Assembly (NCBI GenBank): GCA_034667685.1
Contig: JAXDQU010000079.1
Coordinates: forward strand, 1-64,000
Reading direction: 5' to 3'
From: Thermoplasmata archaeon
GTDB taxonomy: Archaea > Thermoplasmatota > SW-10-69-26 > JACQPN01 > JAJPHT01
DNA length: 64,000 nt
The translations under genes were made by a program, and so were the position numbers. The notes under the pieces were generated by a model that worked only from the letters and a program-made list of their open reading frames with translations, was not told the DNA's origin and ran no database searches. Positions 16,381-25,357 of the stretch are shown here, piece after piece (the first letter of the stretch is position 1; each line of letters opens with the position of its first letter).

Positions 16381-17480
16381 CGCTCGGCCTCCTTCGCGGA
16401 TTCGACCGGGCGCCCGTTGCCGATCCCCAAGAGCCCGCGCTTCGCCAGGGCTTCAATCGTGGAGGAAACGGCGTCCGCGATGGCTTGCTTCGGGTCCTCA
16501 CGGATGCGCGCCCCCAGCGCGTCCACGTTGGCGTCCCGTCTGATCCGCTCCTGAAGCTGGCGCTTGGACAGGTGGATATAGCGGGTCGGCATCGTGCTTG
16601 TTGCGCTCCAGCCGAAGAAGGGCCGCATTTGCGGCTCGTTCCAGCCGGCATCAGCGGCGCGCGTGGCCCGCGTGTGGCGGAACAGATGCGGGTGAATGTG
16701 CCGCAGGCCGGCGGCCTTCGCCAGCATCTTCAACAGCTTGTGAATGGCGCCGGGGTACATGCCGTCGTCCCCGGAGCGGTTGACAAAGAGGCGGGCGTTC
16801 GGGTTCTGAGCGTCCGGGTGGAGCGCAATCCAGGCGCGCAGGGCGCCCGCGCACTCAATGAGGAAGATGCGGCGCGGCCCGGTCTTGAGGTCCGGCGCGG
16901 CAGGGTCCATCCCCACCGTGACGGCCCCCTCGTTGTCGAATTGCACGTCGCAGAGCCGCACGGCCAGGAGTTCGCTCAGCCTGAACCCGGAGTCCCAAAG
17001 GAGCCAAAGGATCGCCACCCGGCGAGCCGCCACGGCCTCAACGTTGGTCGTCTCGACAGCCGCCCGAAGCAGCGCCCGAAACTCGTCCTCCGAGATCGGC
17101 GTCACGTCTTTCCAGTCGAGGCGGGCGTCACGCTTCAGAGCCCGGCGGATCGCCCTCGGGCACTCGTCATCGTTGCACCACGAATAGTACGCCTTCAGGT
17201 GCGCCGCGAACGCGCTTGCGCTTCCTGGCGCGTGGCTCCGGGCGTACTCGTGCAGGCAGTTGGTCAAGGTGTCCGGCGTCAGGTGGCCGTAGGGCGTCCC
17301 GTTGGTCGCCCCGTCGAGGTAGAGCAGGCTGCGGACGGTCAGTTGAACCGTCGTCTGCTTCCGGCCTCGGGCCAGCATGGTCTTGACGTAGGCCCGTACC
17401 GAGTCCTGATTCCCCGCCGACACCCGGCGGATAAGCTCATCTGTCGCCTTCGGGTTCGCGTAGCCGTGAGACCTTCGCAA
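16377..17480 (-). CDS. int: Tyrosine recombinase/integrase
   Basis: DSGFRLSE (R), KTGPR (K), HPHLFRH (HxxR), FGW, PTRYIH (Y); N-terminal core-binding domain present. Confidence 0.92.
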   Translation of the reverse strand: MRRSHGYANPKATDELIRRVSAGNQDSVRAYVKTMLARGRKQTTVQLTVRSLLYLDGATNGTPYGHLTPDTLTNCLHEYARSHAPGSASAFAAHLKAYYSWCNDDECPRAIRRALKRDARLDWKDVTPISEDEFRALLRAAVETTNVEAVAARRVAILWLLWDSGFRLSELLAVRLCDVQFDNEGAVTVGMDPAAPDLKTGPRRIFLIECAGALRAWIALHPDAQNPNARLFVNRSGDDGMYPGAIHKLLKMLAKAAGLRHIHPHLFRHTRATRAADAGWNEPQMRPFFGWSATSTMPTRYIHLSKRQLQERIRRDANVDALGARIREDPKQAIADAVSSTIEALAKRGLLGIGNGRPVESAKEAER

Positions 17481-17513
17481 TAGGACACTTTCCTACGGCG
17501 TAGGTATTCTCTT

Positions 17514-17588
17514 GGGCGCGTAGCACAGTCCGGATAGTGCACTGGCCTTCTAAGCCAGGGGTCGCGGGTTCGAATCCCGCCGCGCTCG
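17514..17588 (+). tRNA. tRNA-Arg(TCT)
   Basis: Full cloverleaf: acceptor GGGCGCG/CGCGCTC, anticodon TCT at 17549-17551, TTCGAAT T-loop; no intron and no CCA. Confidence 0.95.
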
Positions 17589-17733
17589 CTGACCGCAGGT
17601 CAGCGGACGCGGCGTCTCGCCACCAAGACGTGCGACTTCGTGCGCTGCGGCGCACTCCGTCGCACGTTTGGCGGCAATCCCGCCGCGCTCGCTACCGCGG
17701 GTCAGCGGACGCGGCGATCCCACCGCGCTCGCT
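17573..17733 (+). repeat. Repeated copies of the tRNA-Arg 3' end plus downstream hairpin
   Basis: 17573-17614 repeats at 17676-17716 (one indel, one substitution); partial third copy at 17717-17733. Confidence 0.85.
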
Positions 17734-17816
17734 CCAGCCGCGCGCGTCGGTACGATCGGCCCACGGCCTCCATGTATGGCCAAAGCGTGAACCGCGAGGA
17801 CGGGCACGGGGGCGGC

Positions 17817-18248
17817 ATGGACCGCAGCCTCCAGCCCCGCGCGCTCGTCGCGGACGACTCCGAGGACATCCGGTTCCTGGTCTCTCGCCTCGTCCGGAAG
17901 GTCGCGCCGGGCGCAAGCGTGGACGTCGTGCACGATGGCGCGCAGGCGTTGGCCGCGCTGGAGGACGCCGGGGACGGAGAGGACCTCCTCGTCATCAGCG
18001 ACTACGACATGGGCCCTGGCATCACGGGCACGCAGCTCCTGGCGCGGGTCGCGGAGTCCTCCCCGCGGGCCCGCCGCATCCTGTTCACGGGGATGGAGCC
18101 GGAGGGGATCGAGCAGTGCGGGGCGGCGCCGGATGCTATCATCTCCAAGCTGGGCGGGCTCGCCCATCTCCGCCGCGAGCTGGACGCCTGGCGGCGCGAA
18201 TGCTTATCTCGGGAACGGCGCGTTGGCGTCTCGTGGCCGCCGAGCTGA
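17817..18248 (+). CDS. Response regulator receiver-domain protein
   Basis: LVADD, ISDYDMG (phospho-acceptor Asp), ILFTG, ISK. Confidence 0.85.
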   Translation: MDRSLQPRALVADDSEDIRFLVSRLVRKVAPGASVDVVHDGAQALAALEDAGDGEDLLVISDYDMGPGITGTQLLARVAESSPRARRILFTGMEPEGIEQCGAAPDAIISKLGGLAHLRRELDAWRRECLSRERRVGVSWPPS

Positions 18249-19234
18249 CGCGCATGGAGATCCTCGGCGTCTTCCAGGGCGCGCAGGGTCCTCCGGTCGT
18301 GATCCTCTCCGCGAAGGACGCGCGCGGCGGCGGCACCGACCTTCCCATCTGGATCGACCCCGTGCAGGCGCACAACATCCAGCTTGGCCTCCACGGCGCC
18401 AGCGCGACGCGCCCCACGACGCACGATCTCCTCTGCCGCGTGCTCGACGCGCTGGATGCGCGCGTGGGCGAGATCGTCGTCGAGGACCTGGAGCAGACGA
18501 CCTTCTACGGCCAGATCGCGGTGGACCACGCGGCGGCGGGCGGCACGCGCCGCTGGATCGACGCGCGCCCCAGCGACTGCCTCGCCCTCGCGGCGCGCGT
18601 GAAGTGCCCCATCTTCGCGCGGGCGAAGGTGCTCAAGGCCGCGGGCGTGCCGCACGACCAACGCCTGGACGTCCTGGCCGCCGAGCAGGACGGCGCCGCG
18701 GGCCGGCACGCGCTCCCCCGCTCGCACCCGCCCGAGCTCGCGGCCGCGGACCTCGTGCGCGTCGAGGTCGAGGGCGTCTACACCACGACCGACGGCGTGC
18801 GCGTCTTCCTCTCGCCCGCCGCGCCGGGCGCGTGGGGCGACCGCGTGCTCGCGATGCCCATCGACCAGGCGCAGGCCATGAGCATCCAGCTCGCGCTCGA
18901 CGGCCAGCTCACGCCGCGCCCCTTCACGCACGACCTCTTCAGCCAGATCCTCAACGAGCTGGGCGCCATCGTCGACCAGGTCGTCATCGACGACTTCCAC
19001 GAGGACGCCGCGACGTTCTTTGCGACCCTCGCGCTCCAGGTGGAGCGTGAGGGATCCAGCGCGCGGCAGCGCTTCGACGCGCGACCCAGCGACGGCATCG
19101 CGCTCGCGGTGCGCGTGGGCGCGCCAATCCTCGTCGCCAACCGCATCATGCAGGCCGCGAGCATCCCGCGCAAGGAGTTCGGCGCCGTCCCCCTGAGCGA
19201 GGACGAGGGCGACGACCTGGGCATCCCGCGGTGA
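18233..19234 (+). CDS. Bifunctional nuclease family (DUF151) protein with two tandem domains
   Basis: RP(T/F)THDL and DARPSD motifs each occur twice; start at GTG 18233 or ATG 18254. Confidence 0.85.
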   Translation: MAAELTRMEILGVFQGAQGPPVVILSAKDARGGGTDLPIWIDPVQAHNIQLGLHGASATRPTTHDLLCRVLDALDARVGEIVVEDLEQTTFYGQIAVDHAAAGGTRRWIDARPSDCLALAARVKCPIFARAKVLKAAGVPHDQRLDVLAAEQDGAAGRHALPRSHPPELAAADLVRVEVEGVYTTTDGVRVFLSPAAPGAWGDRVLAMPIDQAQAMSIQLALDGQLTPRPFTHDLFSQILNELGAIVDQVVIDDFHEDAATFFATLALQVEREGSSARQRFDARPSDGIALAVRVGAPILVANRIMQAASIPRKEFGAVPLSEDEGDDLGIPR

Positions 19235-19317
19235 GGTTCGCTCGCGGGCGCTCAACACCACGGAATCAGCGAATCATCGTCGCTGATTCTTGGCGCTGAT
19301 GAGGCACGAGTCCCATC

Positions 19318-20643
19318 TTACGGGAACAGGCCTCTGGCCTTCACGGCCTCGCCGCACCGCTCCAGCGCGAGCACGTAGGCCGCCGTGCGCATGTCGACAC
19401 TCTTCGACTCGGCGATGCGCACGGTGTTGGCGAAGCTGCGCTCCATGATGACGGCGAGGCGGTCGTTGACCTCCTTCTCCGTCCACGGGTAGTGCTGCTG
19501 GTTCTGGACCCACTCGAAGTAGGAGACGACGACGCCGCCGCTGTTGGCGACGACGTCGGGGATCAGGAAGACGCCGTTCTTGTGGAGGATCTCGTCGGCC
19601 TTCACGGTGGTGGGGCCGTTGGCGCCCTCGCCGATGAAGCTCGCGCGGATGTTCGCCGCGTTGCGGCTGGTGATCTGGTTCTCCAGCGCGGCGGGGACGA
19701 GGATGTCGCACTCGGCGGTGAGGACGTTCTCGATCGGCTGCGCCTTCGGGTAGCCCTGGATGAGGCCCTTGTTCTTGCGCGCGTAGACGAAGAGGTCCTC
19801 GACGTCGATGCCGTTCTTGCTGTAGAGCTGCGCGCTCACGTCGCTGATGCCCACGACCTTCGCGCCCTTGTCCTGCAGGAACTTCGCGGTGTAGTAGCCC
19901 ACCTTGCCGAAGCCCTGCACGCACGCGGTCATGTCCTTGAGCTTCTTGCCCTTGTGCTTGACCGCGGCCTCGATGGTCTCGACGACGCCGCGTCCCGTGC
20001 TCTCGGTGCGGCCCAGCGACCCGCCGAGGCTGAGCGGCTTGCCGGTGACGACGCCGGCCGCGGCGCCGCCCTTGATCATGCTGTAGGTGTCGTAGATCCA
20101 GCCCATCATCTCGCTCGTGGTGTTCACGTCGGGGGCCGGGATATCATTCTCGGGGCCGAAGACGTTGATCATCTCGACCGTGTAGCGGCGCGTGAGGCGC
20201 TCGAGCTCGCCGGCCGAGAGCTTCGTCGGGTCGACGACGACGCCGCCCTTGCCGCCGCCGTAGGGCAGCCCGGCGATGGCGCACTTCCAGTTCATCCACG
20301 CCGCGAGCGCGATGACCTCGTCGAGCGTGACGTCCTGGTGATAGCGGATGCCGCCCTTGGTGGGCCCGAGCGCGTTGCTGTACTGGCAGCGGTAGCCCGT
20401 GTAGACCTTGACCTGGCCGTCGTCCATGCGGATGGGCACCGACGCGATGGTGGTACGCATCGGATGCGAGAGGTGCTCGACGACCCAGGGCTCCAGCGAG
20501 ACGTGGTGCGTCGCGCGGGCGAACTGCTGGTGCGCCATCTCCGCGAGGCTGGGCGGCCCCTTGCCTTCCGGCGTGGGCGCGGTGAAGCCCAGGTTGGGGG
20601 TGTGGGTGACGGCGGCGGCGAGCTGCTTCTCCTCGGGGGACAC
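19318..20643 (-). CDS. gdhA: Glutamate dehydrogenase (Glu/Leu/Phe/Val family)
   Basis: GPTKGGIRY, LPYGGGKGG, PAPDVNT, QGFGKVG, EGANGP, SYFEWVQN. Confidence 0.95.
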   Translation of the reverse strand: MSPEEKQLAAAVTHTPNLGFTAPTPEGKGPPSLAEMAHQQFARATHHVSLEPWVVEHLSHPMRTTIASVPIRMDDGQVKVYTGYRCQYSNALGPTKGGIRYHQDVTLDEVIALAAWMNWKCAIAGLPYGGGKGGVVVDPTKLSAGELERLTRRYTVEMINVFGPENDIPAPDVNTTSEMMGWIYDTYSMIKGGAAAGVVTGKPLSLGGSLGRTESTGRGVVETIEAAVKHKGKKLKDMTACVQGFGKVGYYTAKFLQDKGAKVVGISDVSAQLYSKNGIDVEDLFVYARKNKGLIQGYPKAQPIENVLTAECDILVPAALENQITSRNAANIRASFIGEGANGPTTVKADEILHKNGVFLIPDVVANSGGVVVSYFEWVQNQQHYPWTEKEVNDRLAVIMERSFANTVRIAESKSVDMRTAAYVLALERCGEAVKARGLFP

Positions 20644-20686
20644 TCGGGCACCTTCCGGATGGATTGGGCGAGCAGCCCGGGATGCG

Positions 20687-20700
20687 TATATACCGTTTTC
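20687..20700 (-). promoter_or_regulatory. BRE-TATA promoter of gdhA
   Basis: GAAAACGGTATATA on the minus strand, ~45 nt upstream of the start. Confidence 0.6.
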
Positions 20701-20769
20701 GACCACGCCGCGCGGGCACGACAAGGTCCGGCTAGGCAGTTGATGGCCTTCGCCCGCGTGGGACATCCG

Positions 20770-22656
20770 ATGCCCGTGACCTCTCCGGCCTCCTCCCGCC
20801 TTTGCGCGCTGGCGGTGGCGATCCTCGTCGGCCTCTCCGCCTCCCCCTGGATCGCGGCGTCCGCGCGGGCCGATTCCACCTCCGTCATGGACGGCGCGCT
20901 CCCCACCGCCGAGAACTCCATGAGCGGCGTCTGGGACGGCGCGAACGCCTACATCTTCGGCGGCTTCGAGAACGCGCTGATCCAGCGCTACACGCCGGCC
21001 ACCGACACGGCGATCACGATGAGCGCCCACCTCCCCGCCGCCTCGTGGGGCACGAGCGCCGTGTGGGACGGCGCCGGGAACGCGTACGTCTTCGGGGGCC
21101 GCGCGGGCGGCACCATCTACAATTCGATCGTGCGCTACACGCCCGCCACGAACGCGGTCACGACCATGAACGCGGTCCTGCCCACGGGCCTCGAGTGGAC
21201 CAGCGCGGTCTGGGACGGCGCCGGACACGCCTACATCTTCGGCGGGATCGGCCTGTCCGGCTTCAACAGCTGGATCATGCGCTACACGCCCGCCACCGAC
21301 ACGCTGACGCTGCTGGGCTCCGCGCTCCCCTCCAACCGCTACCTCACGGCCGCGGTCTGGGACGGCGCCGGAAACGCGTACGTCTTCGGCGGCGCCGACG
21401 GCGGCCTCTCGGGGCACGGCGGCTGGGTCAACGAGATCGTCCGCTTCACACCCTCGACGGGCGCCGTGACGGTCGTGAGCACGCTGCCCACGCCCACGGA
21501 CGCCATCAGCGCGGTCTGGGACGGCGCCGGGCACGCCTTCCTTTTCGGAGGGGGCAGCTCCGGGGGCGACCTGGACACCATCCTGCGCTACACGCCTTCC
21601 ACGAACACCCTCGCGACGATGACGCCCCGCCTGCCCACGCCGCGCGAGACGATGGCCGCGGTCTACGACGGGAGCTGCAACTCCTACGTCATCGGCGGGT
21701 ACGACACGGGCAACCTCGCGCAGATCGTGCGCTACTCCTGCCAGACGATCGCCAACAACCCGCCCTCCGCGCCGCGCTCGCTCGCGGTCTCGGGCGGCGC
21801 GCAGCGCGAGACGCTGACGTGGCAGGCGCCCTCGACCCTGGGCGGGAGCGCGATCACGGGCTACAAGGTCTATCGCGGGACCGCGAGCGGGGGCGAGACG
21901 CTCGTCGCGACGCTCGGCAACGCCCTCACGTACGCGGACACGGGCCTCGCCAACGGCACGCTCTACTACTACGAGGTCAGCGCGGTGAACGGCGTGGGCG
22001 AGAGCGCGCTGAGCAACGAGGGCCGCGCCACCACCTCGAGCTTCGCGCCCACCGCGCCCCAGGGCCTCTCGGTCACGGGCGGCAACGGCCAGCTCACGCT
22101 CGCGTGGCAGGCGCCCGCGAGCAACGGCGGGAGCGCGATCACGTCCTACAAGGTCTACGCCAGCGCCACGAGCGGGGGCGAGAGCCTCGTCGCCGCGGGA
22201 GGCTGCTCGGGGCTGGGCAACGTGCTCACGTGCACGGACGCGGGCTTCGGCAACGGCGTGACGCGCTACTACCAGGTCAGCGCGGTCAACGGCGTGGGCG
22301 AGAGCCCCAGGAGCGCCGAGGCGAGCGCCATGACGCTCGTCCACGTGCCCTCCGCTCCGCAGTTCCTCATGGCCTCGTCCGGGCCCGGCGAAGGGCAGAT
22401 CACGCTCCATTGGCAGGGTCCCGCGGACACGGGTGGGAGCGCCATCACGACCTACCTGATCTACCGCAACGCGGGCAGCGGCTGGTCGCCCTACGCGAGC
22501 GTCCCAAGCGGCACGCTCACCTACGTGGACAGCGGCCTCCCGCTCGTGGGCACGTACAGCTACGACGTGACCGCGACCAACGGCGCCGGCGAGGGCCCCG
22601 CGTCCAATGCCGCGTGCGCGCGCCCCTACCCGGTGGGCGTCGGGGTGGGCTGCTAG
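20770..22656 (+). CDS. Secreted Kelch-repeat beta-propeller with three FN3 domains
   Basis: Six SAVWDGAGNAYVFGG-like repeats; three W...GGSAIT.Y.VY...Y.VSAVN..GE FN3 repeats. Confidence 0.9.
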   Translation: MPVTSPASSRLCALAVAILVGLSASPWIAASARADSTSVMDGALPTAENSMSGVWDGANAYIFGGFENALIQRYTPATDTAITMSAHLPAASWGTSAVWDGAGNAYVFGGRAGGTIYNSIVRYTPATNAVTTMNAVLPTGLEWTSAVWDGAGHAYIFGGIGLSGFNSWIMRYTPATDTLTLLGSALPSNRYLTAAVWDGAGNAYVFGGADGGLSGHGGWVNEIVRFTPSTGAVTVVSTLPTPTDAISAVWDGAGHAFLFGGGSSGGDLDTILRYTPSTNTLATMTPRLPTPRETMAAVYDGSCNSYVIGGYDTGNLAQIVRYSCQTIANNPPSAPRSLAVSGGAQRETLTWQAPSTLGGSAITGYKVYRGTASGGETLVATLGNALTYADTGLANGTLYYYEVSAVNGVGESALSNEGRATTSSFAPTAPQGLSVTGGNGQLTLAWQAPASNGGSAITSYKVYASATSGGESLVAAGGCSGLGNVLTCTDAGFGNGVTRYYQVSAVNGVGESPRSAEASAMTLVHVPSAPQFLMASSGPGEGQITLHWQGPADTGGSAITTYLIYRNAGSGWSPYASVPSGTLTYVDSGLPLVGTYSYDVTATNGAGEGPASNAACARPYPVGVGVGC

Positions 22657-23666
22657 CCCTCGATGCGGAACGTCGGCATGCGTCGAGCCATCGCGTCGAG
22701 CATCTCGCGGGCGGGGAGCGCTTCGCTGGGCGCCAGCGCGCCTGACGCGGTCGCGTTGGCCAAGCGCACGATGCCCTCCGCCATCACCTCCGCCGTCGCG
22801 AGGTAGGGGTCGGGCGTGTGGATCACGAGGCGCTCCTCGTCCTTCACGAGATGGATCTCGCCGCGCGCCTCGGCGTTGCTGGGCGCGCGGTGGCGGCGGT
22901 CCACGTAGCGCTGCGCGGCGCGCAGGATCGGACCCTTCAGCACGAGGCGGCCCAAGGGGGCGAGCGTCCGCGCGACGCGCGCGTTGCGCGCGGGGACGTA
23001 CGTGCGGATCGTGCGGAAGGGCGCGTGGCGCGGCACGAGCAGGATCTCGCCGCCGGGGAACGAGACGCCGGTGCGCGGCCCGTCGCGCGTCGGGAACGCG
23101 CGGACGTGCTTCGCCGTGGGCACGACGCGCGTCCGCCCGTCCTCGTGGCCCAGCGAGCGCGCGCCCATCACGCCCAGGATCGACTTCTTGGTGCCCGCGC
23201 TTCCCGCCGCGTTGCGGTTGCGGTAGAGCACGTGCAGCTCGCGCCCGCCGGCGGGCCAGCGGTCCGCGACGACGAGGTCGCTGAAGGCGTACTCGTAGGC
23301 CAGCGCGCAGACGAGCGGGACGCCGGCCTGGCGCGCGGGCGCGTCGAGGTCGCGGCGCACGTTCGCGATGAACGCCTGCTCGCCCGTGCTATCAGCATAG
23401 GGCACGCCGCGCGCGAGGGCGGCCCGCGCGGGCGCGTCGCCCACCTGGAGGAACGGCCCCGCGAGGTTCGCCACGGCGTCCGCGTCCCGCAGCGCGTCGC
23501 GCAGCGAGGGCTCGCTGCGCGCGTCGGCCACGCGCGGCTCGACGCTCGGCGCGCGCATCGGCTCGGGGTTGCGTCCGAGCGCCAGCACGTCGACGCCGCG
23601 GTCGCGCAGCGCGCGCACCACCATGCGGCCCGTGTGGCCCGTGGCGCCCAGGACGGCGACCTTCAT
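22653..23666 (-). CDS. Saccharopine dehydrogenase-like NAD(P)-binding oxidoreductase
   Basis: GATGHTG, NLAGPF, YADSTGE. Confidence 0.85.
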   Translation of the reverse strand: MKVAVLGATGHTGRMVVRALRDRGVDVLALGRNPEPMRAPSVEPRVADARSEPSLRDALRDADAVANLAGPFLQVGDAPARAALARGVPYADSTGEQAFIANVRRDLDAPARQAGVPLVCALAYEYAFSDLVVADRWPAGGRELHVLYRNRNAAGSAGTKKSILGVMGARSLGHEDGRTRVVPTAKHVRAFPTRDGPRTGVSFPGGEILLVPRHAPFRTIRTYVPARNARVARTLAPLGRLVLKGPILRAAQRYVDRRHRAPSNAEARGEIHLVKDEERLVIHTPDPYLATAEVMAEGIVRLANATASGALAPSEALPAREMLDAMARRMPTFRIEG

Positions 23667-23670
23667 CGTC

Positions 23671-24138
23671 TCAACTCCACCGGTGGTATGCCGGGTGTCC
23701 GGGCTTCACCTGCACGAAGACGCCACGGCACGTCGCGGTGATCTTGCCGTTCGCCTCCAGCTCGGCCTCGATGGTGACCCGATCTCCTTCGACGGCCACG
23801 GGCTTGGCGCGCAGGAGCAGCTCGACGTCGGTGGGCGTGGGGCGCTTGAGCTTCACCGAGAACTCCAGCGTCACGGTGCTGGGCGCGTGGTCCGTGATGC
23901 CCTGCTCGCGCATCAGCGTCGTCGCGGCGCACCAGTTGCTGTGGCAGTCGAGCAGCGCGCCCACGATCCCGCCGTTGAGCACCCCCGGGAACGCCTGGTG
24001 GTGCGGCTCGGGGCGCCAGCGCGCGAGGAAGGCGTCGCCCTCCCAGCGGCTCTTGATGCGCAGGCCCTTCTCGTTCGCCGGCCCGCACCCGAAGCAGATG
24101 CCATGGGGCGCGTAGAGATCCTGGACGGACTCTTCCAT
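23671..24138 (-). CDS. PaaI/hotdog-fold thioesterase
   Basis: CFGCGPANEKGL, GVLNGGIVGALLD; GAGGTGA SD. Confidence 0.9.
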   Translation of the reverse strand: MEESVQDLYAPHGICFGCGPANEKGLRIKSRWEGDAFLARWRPEPHHQAFPGVLNGGIVGALLDCHSNWCAATTLMREQGITDHAPSTVTLEFSVKLKRPTPTDVELLLRAKPVAVEGDRVTIEAELEANGKITATCRGVFVQVKPGHPAYHRWS

Positions 24139-24258
24139 TCAATCACCTCGGGATCGCCCTCGCTGCGGCGAGGGCGTGTCGCTTGAATGATCGACCTTTT
24201 CGAAGGTCGAAGCGGAGCCGTTGGGCGCGTAGCGGTCCTGGACCGCGAGGTCGTCCAT
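24139..24258 (-). pseudogene. Displaced duplicate of the thioesterase 5' end fused to a hairpin insert
   Basis: MDDLAVQDRYAPNG versus MEESVQDLYAPHG; 23/27 nt identical; in frame, stopping immediately before ATG 24138. Confidence 0.65.
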
Positions 24259-24542
24259 GCGGGCGCAACCGCGGCGCGACGGATGAGCGCTTCGCGCGAC
24301 CGGGAAGACGGGAAGACCTGCGAAGAAGATCCTCCCGCTGCGCCGCGCAGAGCGTGCATCGCGAAAAGGCGAGAGCCGCGACGCCGATGGCGGGTGGTCC
24401 GCGCGCCGTGCGACCGCGGCGTCGCGCAGCCGGGCGACTGGATGATCTTCCTGCCACGATGCACGGATCGTGAGCGGCCAAAGGCCCTCGGGCCCAAGGC
24501 CGATAGCAGCGCGCTGATGCTCGCTTGCGCGGAGCGGACGGC

Positions 24543-25304
24543 ATGGCCACCGCAGGCCTTGTCACGTTCTCCGTCCTCAGCGTGGGGGCCGCAGGCCTCT
24601 ACCTGCTCATCGGCGCACACGCCGCGCGCACCTCGCCCGACGGCGCCCGGGTGTTCCGGTTCTGGTGGTGGGGCCTCGCGGGCCTCGCCCTGATGACCGG
24701 CCTCCAGGGCCTCTTCGCCACCCTCGCGGGCGACGCGTCCTGGGTCCCCGTGGCCGCCGCGTCCACACAGTTCCTCTACGTCCTGGGCGCCTGCACCGCC
24801 CTGTGCGGCCTCATGACGTACCTGTGGTTCCTCTACACAGGAAGCCTGCGCGCCTCGCCCTTCCTCGCGCTCTTCTACGGGCTCGTCTACGTCGCGGGCG
24901 CCGCCTCGATGGCCCACCAGCGCGTGATCGGCTTCGCCGCTTACGACTACGCCGTCACCGTGCGCTACGCCAACCCGCTGCCCAACGGCGGCGTCGTCTA
25001 CGGCGTCTTCTACTCGCTCCTCCTCCTGCCGCAGATCCTCGTGGCCGGCCTCTACCTCGCGCTCTACCGCCGGGTGGGCGACCGCGAGGCGCGCGTGCGC
25101 GTCGTGCTCGCCTCCGCGAGCCTGCTCCTGCTCCTCGTCGTCACCTACGCCGTGGGCGTCACCGGCCACGCGCTCGACCTCTGGTGGCTCTCGGGCCAGC
25201 AGGCGCTCACGCTCCTCACCAGCGCGGGCGTGCTCCTCGCGCACCGGCCCCCCGCGTGGATCGGCGGTCCACCGCGCCGCGACCCGTTCGCGCCCAAGGC
25301 CTGA
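24543..25304 (+). CDS. Polytopic (~7 TM) membrane protein
   Basis: Alternating hydrophobic helices. Confidence 0.75.
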   Translation: MATAGLVTFSVLSVGAAGLYLLIGAHAARTSPDGARVFRFWWWGLAGLALMTGLQGLFATLAGDASWVPVAAASTQFLYVLGACTALCGLMTYLWFLYTGSLRASPFLALFYGLVYVAGAASMAHQRVIGFAAYDYAVTVRYANPLPNGGVVYGVFYSLLLLPQILVAGLYLALYRRVGDREARVRVVLASASLLLLLVVTYAVGVTGHALDLWWLSGQQALTLLTSAGVLLAHRPPAWIGGPPRRDPFAPKA

Positions 25305-25357
25305 GGGGCTGCCCAATCTTCAAGTAGGGTTGCCCCGTTCGGCGCGCGTCCACCCCC

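Larger units (their letters stand above)
1..17513. mobile_element. Integrated provirus with a spindle-shaped-virus-type capsid protein and rolling-circle Rep; left end outside the window
   Basis: SSV VP1-like protein, adhesins, ATPase, HUH Rep, Zn-finger microproteins and a tyrosine integrase next to tRNA-Arg. Genes are tightly overlapped and there are no housekeeping genes. The second att site is not visible. Confidence 0.85.

Noticed and set aside
16377-17588. SSV-type integrase split by the tRNA att site
   Set aside because: An in-frame stop at 17493-17495 separates int from the tRNA, and the 367-aa protein has both binding and catalytic domains.
19240-19330. Possible duplicated gdhA 3' end (CTGATTCCGTGG versus CTGTTCCCGTAA)
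   Set aside because: The match is too short and overlaps the hairpin arm, so it is compatible with chance.
19318-22410. 1030-aa ORF suggesting a giant GdhA fusion
   Set aside because: The N-terminal ~590 aa is the antisense shadow of the Kelch/FN3 gene. GdhA has its own TATA, SD and GTG at 20643.
20900-22620. Regularly spaced DNA repeats resembling a CRISPR array
   Set aside because: They are codon-level Kelch and FN3 protein repeats inside an ORF. No CRISPR array or cas gene was seen in the window.
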